Below are positions 9,882 to 17,360 of a stretch of 64,000 nucleotides of DNA, piece after piece. How positions within the stretch are numbered: position 1 is the first letter of the stretch; the number at the start of each line of letters is the position of its first letter. The notes below the pieces were generated by a model that saw only the letters and a program-made list of their open reading frames with translations, was not told where the DNA came from and did no database searches. Position numbers and translations under genes: made by a program. Source of the stretch: a virus; the IMG/VR virus record IMGVR_UViG_3300044629_000131, positions 20,027-84,026 of that record. The stretch is one strand, 5' to 3'.

Positions 9882-10684
9882 TGTTAGGATCACATTTTTA
9901 TAACGAAATTACTCGCAAAAATATTATTGCTTTTGGTACACTCTTCAACAACATTACGTTGAGAAAGAAAGATCCAAATACAGGTGCTGTATTGGAAGAA
10001 GAGAAGGTCCAACTAGCATACGGTCCTAAGCAAAAGTTTCTTGCTCGCCTAGAACAAAACCCAGATGTTGGTAGAAAGGTTGGCATTACTTTGCCACGTA
10101 TTTACTTTGAGATGACTGGAATTGATTACGATCCTACCCGTAAAACATCACCAATTCAAAAATACAAAACGATCATTGCTGATAATGGTAATGAAGTCAG
10201 AGTTCAGTATGTTCCTGTTCCTTATAATATGAGTTTTGAATTGGGGATCATATCAAAATCACAAGATGATGCTCTACAAATTATTGAGCAGATCCTACCA
10301 TACTTCCAACCATCATTCTCAATCACTCTGAATATGATCCCAGAGATGGATGAGAAGAAGGATGTTGCGATTGTTCTTAACGATATCAATTATGAAGATG
10401 AATGGGAAGATGACTATATGCAGCGCAGATACGTTGTCTATACTCTAAGATTTACTGCCAAGACTTACTTCTACGGTCCTTACAGTCAGTCCGATATCAT
10501 CAAGAAAGCAATTGTCTATGAAACTCTTGGAGATGCTGCTGTCAACAGAAGAACGGTCAAGAGAACATACACTCCAGTTGCTATTCAAGATCAAGATGGA
10601 GATAATGATGTAGATGCGGCAGATACGGCAATTCTAACTGCTGATGATAATTTTGGTTTTAACGAAGGTATAGAATTCTATTGA
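9881..10684 (+). CDS. gp15: Tail sheath stabiliser/terminator gp15
   Basis: FGTLFNNI, LPRIYFE, PVPYN, QIIEQILPYFQP. Confidence 0.95.
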   Translation: MLGSHFYNEITRKNIIAFGTLFNNITLRKKDPNTGAVLEEEKVQLAYGPKQKFLARLEQNPDVGRKVGITLPRIYFEMTGIDYDPTRKTSPIQKYKTIIADNGNEVRVQYVPVPYNMSFELGIISKSQDDALQIIEQILPYFQPSFSITLNMIPEMDEKKDVAIVLNDINYEDEWEDDYMQRRYVVYTLRFTAKTYFYGPYSQSDIIKKAIVYETLGDAAVNRRTVKRTYTPVAIQDQDGDNDVDAADTAILTADDNFGFNEGIEFY

Positions 10685-10685
10685 T

Positions 10686-11093
10686 ATGAGCTTAGAAGAG
10701 AACATGGAAGAACTACTCAATATTGAGGCAGAGGTTATTGATGAACCGAAGCCTGTGAAGGTTGAACGTGAAGGTGACAAGGAAGACAAGATCAAAGACT
10801 ACGAATATACACGAGGGGAATTATACAACCTCATCAGCAAGGGTCAGGAGGCGGTACAAGGCGCCTTAGAGGTCGCACAGGAGAGCGGACACCCTAGAGC
10901 GTATGAAGTCGCTGTGAACGCCATGAAGCAGGTAGCAGACATGACTGACAAGCTTGTAGATCTTCAGAAGAAGATGAAGGATTTAGATGCCGAGAATAAG
11001 AAAGTTACAAACGTTACAAATAATGCCATGTTTGTAGGCAGCACAACTGAGCTTCAGAAGATGCTGAAGCAGATGGGAGGAGGCAAAAGATAA
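10686..11093 (+). CDS. gp16: Terminase small subunit gp16
   Basis: DYEYTRGELY, HPRAYEV, NNAMFVGSTTELQKML. Confidence 0.95.
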   Translation: MSLEENMEELLNIEAEVIDEPKPVKVEREGDKEDKIKDYEYTRGELYNLISKGQEAVQGALEVAQESGHPRAYEVAVNAMKQVADMTDKLVDLQKKMKDLDAENKKVTNVTNNAMFVGSTTELQKMLKQMGGGKR

Positions 11094-11120
11094 ATATTTT
11101 GTTGTCTCCATATTCAAGCG

Positions 11121-11222
11121 ATGGCAAAGTCACCTAATAAGAAGGGCAAAAACGGTTCTTCAAAGCAAAATCAAGGTAATGCTACTGCGAAGAAAGCAAA
11201 GAATGGGGGCAAGAAAAAATGA
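11121..11222 (+). CDS. 33-aa Lys-rich peptide (not in ORF track)
   Basis: MAKSPNKKGKNGSSKQNQGNATAKKAKNGGKKK*; late promoter at ~11089; stop overlaps next ATG. Confidence 0.6.
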   Translation: MAKSPNKKGKNGSSKQNQGNATAKKAKNGGKKK

Positions 11223-11407
11223 CGCTCATAGCATTCGCAATCATGGGAATTGTTGAGGTAGCACCAAACGTCTGCCAAATTGATTACATGAGATATGTGG
11301 ATGTTGCGAGTGTTAAACTTCCTTGCGACGTTGTGAAACTAAATATTATTGATACGAAGTCGGAAGATGCCAGTTCCAGCAACCAACCTAAATTACATCA
11401 GAAATGA
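11219..11407 (+). CDS. Hypothetical protein
   Basis: ATGA-coupled to the upstream peptide. Confidence 0.5.
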   Translation: MTLIAFAIMGIVEVAPNVCQIDYMRYVDVASVKLPCDVVKLNIIDTKSEDASSSNQPKLHQK

Positions 11408-11645
11408 TGCGAACTGTGATCCACTAGCGACACAACCTGCTTCTACTACTGTAAATGTATTCAACGGAACAGAAGGTTGGACGGCATTTCAATACAAGGA
11501 CTTCAACGGTGATTATGTTCCAAGAAATTCCAACAATACTGTAAGAACTCCTGGAACATTTCAAGCAAGGAACTACGACAATACTACTAGAACTCCTGCT
11601 GATTATCAACGTTATGACACAACAAATAATCCAGTATTAGCATAA
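11367..11645 (+). CDS. Hypothetical late protein with short internal repeats
   Basis: ATG 11367 after CTAAATA at 11339; repeats YVPRNSNNTVRTP / FQARNYDNTTRTP / YQRYDTTN. Confidence 0.6.
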   Translation: MPVPATNLNYIRNDANCDPLATQPASTTVNVFNGTEGWTAFQYKDFNGDYVPRNSNNTVRTPGTFQARNYDNTTRTPADYQRYDTTNNPVLA

Positions 11646-13030
11646 TGGCACAGTATAGCAAACACTACGAGGATTTCCTACCACAGGAAAAAACAAACTT
11701 TGAGGTAGTCATGATTGCCGACGCAAACGGCAATGTTGGGCCTGGTAGTTCTGGTTCTTCTGTATCTTTTAGTGAAACAGCAGTAGATGCTTTTGGTCGT
11801 CTCAAAGTTACCGAACCATTCACTCTTGGTGATTACAAGCACCTTTATGCTATTGACCCAAACTTTTTAGATAACCTAACTAATGGTGGCACAGCAACAT
11901 ATAATATCAATAAGGCTTGTGCTACTTTAGCAACCACATCAAACACCACTTCTCGTGCTGTTCATCAAACTAAATTTTATCATCATTACCAGCCTGGTAA
12001 GTCACAGATGATTTACAGTTCGGTATGTTTTGGTTATGCTCAACAGAATGTAACCAAAAGAACTGGATACTTCGATGATAGAGATGGTATCTACTTTGAG
12101 CAAGTTGGTGGTGCTACTGCCAACGGAACAACCAATGGCACTCTAAACTTTGTTGTTCGTTCTTATGTTAGCGGCACTGCTAGCGAAGCAACATTAGGAA
12201 CTTACAAAAGAAGAGTTCCACAATCAGAATGGAACATTGATAAGTGTGATGGAACTGGTGTTTCTGGTTTCAACATCAATACTTCAAAAACACAACTAGT
12301 TTATATTGACTTCCAATGGTTGGGAGTTGGTAGAGTTCGTTGTGGTTTTGTTCATAATGGGCAACTTATTCTAGCACACCAATATTATTGTTCTAATGAA
12401 CTTGATGAAGTTTATATCGCAAATCCTAATCTACCAGTAAGATGTGAGATACTAAACACAGGTACAACATCTGGTGGTTCATTTGATCAGATTTGTTCCA
12501 CTGTTATGTCAGAAGGTGGATATGTTGAAAGTGGTATTGACTTCATGTATATGATGACAGCATCTAGGTCAGTTGCTGGTGGTGCTACTCTACCTGTTTT
12601 GGCAATTCGTTTGAAGAATACATTTCAAACTTACCCCAACAGAATTTCGGTTAGGTTAAATAATATTGCTTTGTATCCTTCTGGAGAAACATTTTCATTC
12701 CAAATTGTTAAATTACCAAGTCAATCAAACTTGACTGGCACACTTAATTGGACCGATGTTGATACCAATAGTGGCGTTCAATATTCAGTTGGTGCTACTG
12801 GTTATACGGCAGGAAGTGGCGATGCTTTATTTGGTGGTTTTGTAACTGCTGGTTCGTCACAGAACTCTTTGTCGTCTGCTTCGACAGGTTCTATTTCTGC
12901 TGCCAAGAAAAACATTATTGTTCAAAATTTTGACTCTACTTCATCAGAAGTATATGTTGTGTTAGCAACAAATATTGGTAATAACTCTGGAACAATTAGA
13001 GCAGCACTTCAATGGAGGGAAATCTACTAA
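11645..13030 (+). CDS. Virion structural protein (beta-rich, lectin-like)
   Basis: 461 aa; DAFGRL, YQPGKSQ, IDFQWLGVGRVRCGF motifs seen in phage virion proteins. Confidence 0.6.
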   Translation: MAQYSKHYEDFLPQEKTNFEVVMIADANGNVGPGSSGSSVSFSETAVDAFGRLKVTEPFTLGDYKHLYAIDPNFLDNLTNGGTATYNINKACATLATTSNTTSRAVHQTKFYHHYQPGKSQMIYSSVCFGYAQQNVTKRTGYFDDRDGIYFEQVGGATANGTTNGTLNFVVRSYVSGTASEATLGTYKRRVPQSEWNIDKCDGTGVSGFNINTSKTQLVYIDFQWLGVGRVRCGFVHNGQLILAHQYYCSNELDEVYIANPNLPVRCEILNTGTTSGGSFDQICSTVMSEGGYVESGIDFMYMMTASRSVAGGATLPVLAIRLKNTFQTYPNRISVRLNNIALYPSGETFSFQIVKLPSQSNLTGTLNWTDVDTNSGVQYSVGATGYTAGSGDALFGGFVTAGSSQNSLSSASTGSISAAKKNIIVQNFDSTSSEVYVVLATNIGNNSGTIRAALQWREIY

Positions 13031-13461
13031 TGAAAAACTATAAAGAAATCAAACATCTTGCTGAAGAAGCAAAGAAAAAAGAGAAAGAAGAAAAGCGTTT
13101 CTGTAAGCTCTGCCAAAAACCAGAGACAAGAAAAGAATGTTCCTATGGCGAGAAAGCATGGGATCGTTTCGCAGTTCCAGTTCAATCTATCAAAAGAGAA
13201 GAAGTAGAACTAGACGAAGCTGCTTGGACTAAAAAGGAGGGACAGAATAAGAATGGCGGTCTCAACGAAAAAGGTAGAAAGTCATACGAAAGAGCTAATC
13301 CTGGAAGCGACCTTAAGGCACCTTCAAAGAAAGTTGGAAATCCCCGCAGGGCGTCATTTTGTGCCAGAATGAAAGGACTAAAAAGTAAATTGACAAGTAA
13401 AAAAACAGCAAGGGATCCCGACAGCAGAGTAAATAAAAGCTTGAGGGCTTGGAACTGTTAG
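13030..13461 (+). CDS. DUF6321-like protein, possible internal head protein
   Basis: AAWTKKEGQNKNGGLNEKGRKSY...RRASFCARMKG...SLRAWNC; TAATG coupling. Confidence 0.7.
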   Translation: MKNYKEIKHLAEEAKKKEKEEKRFCKLCQKPETRKECSYGEKAWDRFAVPVQSIKREEVELDEAAWTKKEGQNKNGGLNEKGRKSYERANPGSDLKAPSKKVGNPRRASFCARMKGLKSKLTSKKTARDPDSRVNKSLRAWNC

Positions 13462-13462
13462 A

Positions 13463-13511
13463 TTTCATACCTTTTCATTCTTATAAATAGTAGTAATGAA
13501 AAGGTATGAAA
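13463..13511 (+). promoter_or_regulatory. RBS-sequestering hairpin with TATAAATA late promoter in the loop
   Basis: Perfect 17-bp inverted repeat TTTCATACCTTTTCATT/AATGAAAAGGTATGAAA; TATAAATA at 13482-13489; 3' arm holds AAGGT and ATG 13506. Confidence 0.9.
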
Positions 13512-13922
13512 ATGTCAGAGAAAATTTGTACTAGGTGTAAGAATTCAAAACCAAGAACACCAGAATATTTCCCACTTCACAATAAATGTAAAGATGGTTT
13601 AGATAGTTGGTGTAGAGCTTGTAGAGCGTCTTATCGTAGTGAAATAAACAGAGGAAAATTTAGAGGACAACTTACTGATGATGAGGTAAGAAAACTGAAG
13701 CAACAAATCACATGTGATATATGTGGTAAAGAAGATACTGGTGGATCCAAGAACAATAAACATCTAGGCAAAGTAAAATCTTTGGTTATGGATCATGACC
13801 ACCACACTGGAAAATTTAGAGGAATGTTATGTAACCACTGTAATAGAGGATTGGGCAACTTTTTTGATAATGTAAATACTTTGGAAAATGCCATTTTGTA
13901 CCTAAAAAAGTGGAATTGCTGA
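13506..13922 (+). mobile_element. Free-standing homing endonuclease, endonuclease VII (His-Me) family
   Basis: N-terminal CxxC..CxxC, then CDICG...VMDHDHHTGKFRGMLCNHCNRGLGNF; regulatory hairpin; duplicated WNC* end. Confidence 0.85.
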
Positions 13923-13976
13923 CAAAAACCTGCCAAAAAATTTGTTGTTATTATAATTAGTTTTGAGGTTTCCATT

Positions 13977-14132
13977 ATGATAATGAGACTGAAAGAAGAA
14001 GATATCACACGACTTATTCTTGCTTGCGAACTTTACAAGAACTCAACTGGATCAGAGTATATCTGGGATCAGTATGAAGAACTTATAAAGACACTTAAAA
14101 CTTACCTTGAACAATACTCTACCGATGACTAA
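13977..14132 (+). CDS. 51-aa hypothetical protein (not in ORF track)
   Basis: MIMRLKEEDITRLILACELYKNSTGSEYIWDQYEEL...; GAGG SD and TATAAT upstream. Confidence 0.7.
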   Translation: MIMRLKEEDITRLILACELYKNSTGSEYIWDQYEELIKTLKTYLEQYSTDD

Positions 14133-14214
14133 TACACTTATAAGTGCTGTGCTAATTTTTTCAAGCATAGCACTTTTCATTTATTGGGGGTTGAATAATG
14201 CTTACCCTAGTTGA
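14125..14214 (+). CDS. 29-aa single-TM peptide, NdhQ-like
   Basis: MTNTLISAVLIFSSIALFIYWGLNNAYPS; matches my recollection of the NdhQ TM segment (ISAVLILGFIAxLIWWALHTAYA). Confidence 0.6.
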   Translation: MTNTLISAVLIFSSIALFIYWGLNNAYPS

Positions 14215-14311
14215 ACACTTAGCATCAAGTCCAATTTGGTTAGGACTTTGTGGATTTGGTATTATTGTCCTACCTATTATAGGAATACAATACATACACA
14301 AAGATAAATGA
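14198..14311 (+). CDS. 37-aa single-TM peptide
   Basis: MLTLVEHLASSPIWLGLCGFGIIVLPIIGIQYIHKDK; overlaps both neighbours. Confidence 0.6.
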   Translation: MLTLVEHLASSPIWLGLCGFGIIVLPIIGIQYIHKDK

Positions 14312-14433
14312 TACATGATTTTCCTTGGGGAGTAATCACAATACTAGGTTGTGGTCTTTTATTTACTTTGTATGTCATCTACTACATATTACGGATGGCA
14401 AACGAGGAAATGAAAGACCATGGCAGACACTAA
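14308..14433 (+). CDS. 41-aa single-TM peptide
   Basis: MIHDFPWGVITILGCGLLFTLYVIYYILRMANEEMKDHGRH; ATGA overlap. Confidence 0.6.
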   Translation: MIHDFPWGVITILGCGLLFTLYVIYYILRMANEEMKDHGRH

Positions 14434-14857
14434 AGATCCATATATCTACCGCATCAAATCAGTTGGTAAGGTTGTAGATGGAGACACTATTGACGCTGAT
14501 ATTGATTTGGGTTTTGATATTAGCCTCACTAAACGAATTCGCTTGGCGGGTATTGATACACCAGAAAGCCGCACGGCAGATCCATACGAAAAGAAACTCG
14601 GACTTCAAGCAAAAGATTGGTTGAAGAGCAGATTAGAATTTGCTAAGGATATTATCATCAAGACTGAACTTCCAGACAGCACAGAGAAGTATGGTCGCAT
14701 CATCGGACACCTGTATATTAACGGAGAAGAAGTCTCTGTCAATAACCAGATGATCGCTGAAGGTCATGCCTGGGGGTATGATGGCGGCACTAAAGCTAAG
14801 GATTTTAACATCCTAAAGGAAATCCGAATTGCTAAAGGAACCTGGAAAGAAGTATAA
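14420..14857 (+). CDS. Thermonuclease (SNase-like)
   Basis: VVDGDTID, RIRLAGIDTPE, EKYGRIIG, VNNQMIAEGHA. Confidence 0.9.
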   Translation: MADTKDPYIYRIKSVGKVVDGDTIDADIDLGFDISLTKRIRLAGIDTPESRTADPYEKKLGLQAKDWLKSRLEFAKDIIIKTELPDSTEKYGRIIGHLYINGEEVSVNNQMIAEGHAWGYDGGTKAKDFNILKEIRIAKGTWKEV

Positions 14858-14887
14858 TTTATAAGCATGTAAAGATATACTTATTAA

Positions 14888-14956
14888 ATCGTAACATATT
14901 GTAACACTTTTTTCTGCTACATAGCTTATAATAAATGTAGCAGAGAGTTACATATG
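14888..14956 (+). promoter_or_regulatory. Promoter with HLR1-like direct repeat and start-codon-burying hairpin
   Basis: Minus-strand GTTACAAT-AT-GTTACGAT at 14888-14905; TATAAT 14927-14932 in the loop of CTGCTACAT/ATGTAGCAG. Confidence 0.45.
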
Positions 14957-15166
14957 TACGGGACTTATTTTATTGTTGTGTTCTTTGCGATCCTGATAGC
15001 ATATGCTGGGGTCGAAGAAACTATGAAACTCTTTGTCTATGCTGATCTCCAATTACGCTATGCGTTTGTAAGAGTTCAGATGAAATGGATGGGTTGGAAA
15101 CTCAAGAGGCAACTTGTAAGAGATACAACCGATTTCAAAAAGTTTCTCAAGGAGTATGACAAATGA
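14954..15166 (+). CDS. Hypothetical membrane-anchored protein
   Basis: N-terminal hydrophobic segment; 70 aa. Confidence 0.6.
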   Translation: MYGTYFIVVFFAILIAYAGVEETMKLFVYADLQLRYAFVRVQMKWMGWKLKRQLVRDTTDFKKFLKEYDK

Positions 15167-15375
15167 ACACAAAGACTTGTCCTAAGTGTGGTGCTAATTG
15201 GATTGACGGACAGCACTACTGGACTGGAACAAATAAACCTGGGAATGAACTAGACCTCGCAGGATTAGTTTGTAATAAACTAGGTGATGATACTTGTATC
15301 AATCCCTGCCGTGGTAAAGAAGGTGGTGTTACCTGGGAGAAGAGATTGAAGGAGTTGGAAGAAGACCACCCCTAA
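15163..15375 (+). CDS. Small Cys-rich hypothetical protein
   Basis: CPKCGANW..GQHYW, DLAGLVCN, CINP. Confidence 0.7.
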   Translation: MNTKTCPKCGANWIDGQHYWTGTNKPGNELDLAGLVCNKLGDDTCINPCRGKEGGVTWEKRLKELEEDHP

Positions 15376-15400
15376 ATACCAGTAGTGACTAGGTTTTATT

Positions 15401-17053
15401 GTGGCAGCTGGTACTGATGTATATTTGGGTAATCCTAATCTAAAGAAAGCGGGAACCCAAATATCATTTACAAAAAAACAAATCAACGAATGGATCAAGT
15501 GTAAAAATGATCCAGTCTATTTTGCTGAAAATTATATTAAGATTATCTCACTAGACGAAGGTTTGGTGCCATTTGAGATGTATGATTTCCAGAAGAAGAT
15601 TTTACAAGACTTCCATGAAAACAGATTTAACATCGCAAAGCTCCCAAGACAAACTGGAAAATCCACTACGGTTGTTGCTTATCTGCTTTATTACGCAATA
15701 TTCTTTGATAGCGTTAATATTGGTATTCTCGCTAACAAAGCTTCAACATCTAGGGAACTCCTAAGCAGACTTCAACTAGCATATGAAAATCTACCAAAGT
15801 GGATGCAGCATGGTGTAGTTGTTTGGAACAAAGGTAATGTCGAACTTGAAAACGGATCAAAAATTCTGGCATCTTCTACATCTGCGTCTGCTGTCAGAGG
15901 CATGTCGTTTAATATCCTCTTCCTCGACGAATTCGCTTTCGTTCCAAACCATGTTGCAGAGCAATTCTTTGCCTCTGTTTATCCTACTATTACTTCTGGT
16001 AAGAGCACGAAAGTCATAATCATCTCAACACCAAATGGTATGAACCACTTCTACAAGATGTGGATTGATGCCAAGAACGGCAAGAATGGTTATGTAATGA
16101 ATGAGGTTCATTGGTCTCAGGTTCCTGGTAGAGATGCGAAGTGGAAAGAAGAGACCCTTAAGAATACTTCTGCCAGACAGTTCGCACAAGAATTTGAATG
16201 TGACTTTCTTGGTTCTGCTGATACCCTAATCAGTCCAGCAAAACTTCAAAATATACCATTTACTGACCCAATTACATCCAATGCAGGACTTGATATCCAC
16301 GAAAGAGTACAAAAAGATCACGAATACATTATTACTGTTGATGTTGCCAGAGGAATTGGTGGCGACTATAGTGCTTTCGTCGTGTTTGATATCACCACAC
16401 TGCCGTATAAGATCGTGGCAAAGTACAGAAATAATGAAATTAAACCTGTACTGTTTCCCTCGGTAATTTTACAGGTAGCGAAAGAATATAATTTACCATA
16501 TATCCTAGTAGAAGTCAACGATATTGGTGATAGTATTGCCGCCACTTTGAACTATGATCTAGAATATCCTAACGTATTAATGTGTGCGATGCGTGGCAGA
16601 GCAGGGCAAATTGTTGGTACAGGTTTCTCTGGAATGAAAACTCAACTTGGTGTCAAGATGAGTGTGACGGTTAAGAAATTGGGTTGCGCTAATCTCAAAG
16701 CAATTATCGAAGAAGATAAACTAACTTTTGGTGACTTCGAAATTCTACAAGAGCTCACCACGTTCATTCAGAAAAAGATGGCATGGGAAGCTGACGAGGG
16801 ATATCATGATGACCTTGTGATGTGTTTGGTTCTCTTTGCATGGTTAGTCATGCAAGAATACTTCAAAGAGATGACAGATCAGGATGTTCGTCGTCGCATC
16901 TACGAAGAACAAAGAAATCAAATCGAACAAGATATGGCGCCATTTGGTTTTGTTGACGATGGACTTGGCGATGATAGTTTTATAGATGCCGATGGATCTT
17001 TATGGGAGTATGGAAATACTCAAGAAGAAGTAAGTTATATGTGGAATTACTAA
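15401..17053 (+). CDS. gp17: Terminase large subunit gp17
   Basis: PRQTGKST Walker A, LFLDEFAF Walker B, ISTPNG, DVARG nuclease, HDDLVM. Confidence 0.97.
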   Translation: MAAGTDVYLGNPNLKKAGTQISFTKKQINEWIKCKNDPVYFAENYIKIISLDEGLVPFEMYDFQKKILQDFHENRFNIAKLPRQTGKSTTVVAYLLYYAIFFDSVNIGILANKASTSRELLSRLQLAYENLPKWMQHGVVVWNKGNVELENGSKILASSTSASAVRGMSFNILFLDEFAFVPNHVAEQFFASVYPTITSGKSTKVIIISTPNGMNHFYKMWIDAKNGKNGYVMNEVHWSQVPGRDAKWKEETLKNTSARQFAQEFECDFLGSADTLISPAKLQNIPFTDPITSNAGLDIHERVQKDHEYIITVDVARGIGGDYSAFVVFDITTLPYKIVAKYRNNEIKPVLFPSVILQVAKEYNLPYILVEVNDIGDSIAATLNYDLEYPNVLMCAMRGRAGQIVGTGFSGMKTQLGVKMSVTVKKLGCANLKAIIEEDKLTFGDFEILQELTTFIQKKMAWEADEGYHDDLVMCLVLFAWLVMQEYFKEMTDQDVRRRIYEEQRNQIEQDMAPFGFVDDGLGDDSFIDADGSLWEYGNTQEEVSYMWNY

Positions 17054-17277
17054 TGGACTTAGAAGATCAGTTTTCTTTAGAACATCTTATCTTTAAAGAG
17101 AGAAAGTGTAGAACTTGTCACAAAGAAAAAGACCTTCTTACAGATTTCTATTTGATTAGAAAAAACAAAAGACCATTTCCGTCAGCATATTCATACGAAT
17201 GTAAAGCATGTACGGTCAAAAGAATTATCGAAGCAAGAAAAAAAGATCATACAAATTGGTCATATCCAGATTGGTAG
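17053..17277 (+). CDS. Small zinc-finger protein
   Basis: CRTC...DFY...YSYECKAC; TAATG coupling to gp17. Confidence 0.65.
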   Translation: MDLEDQFSLEHLIFKERKCRTCHKEKDLLTDFYLIRKNKRPFPSAYSYECKACTVKRIIEARKKDHTNWSYPDW

Positions 17278-17360
17278 TATGTTCATGCATTGTTTCCCCC
17301 TCTGAACATCACTAATTTCTAAATAGATTTAGATAAATTTGATATCTAAGAGGTAAACAA

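Noticed and set aside
14869-14880. GTA...TAC as an NtcA site
   Set aside because: Spacer is 6 nt, not the required 8.
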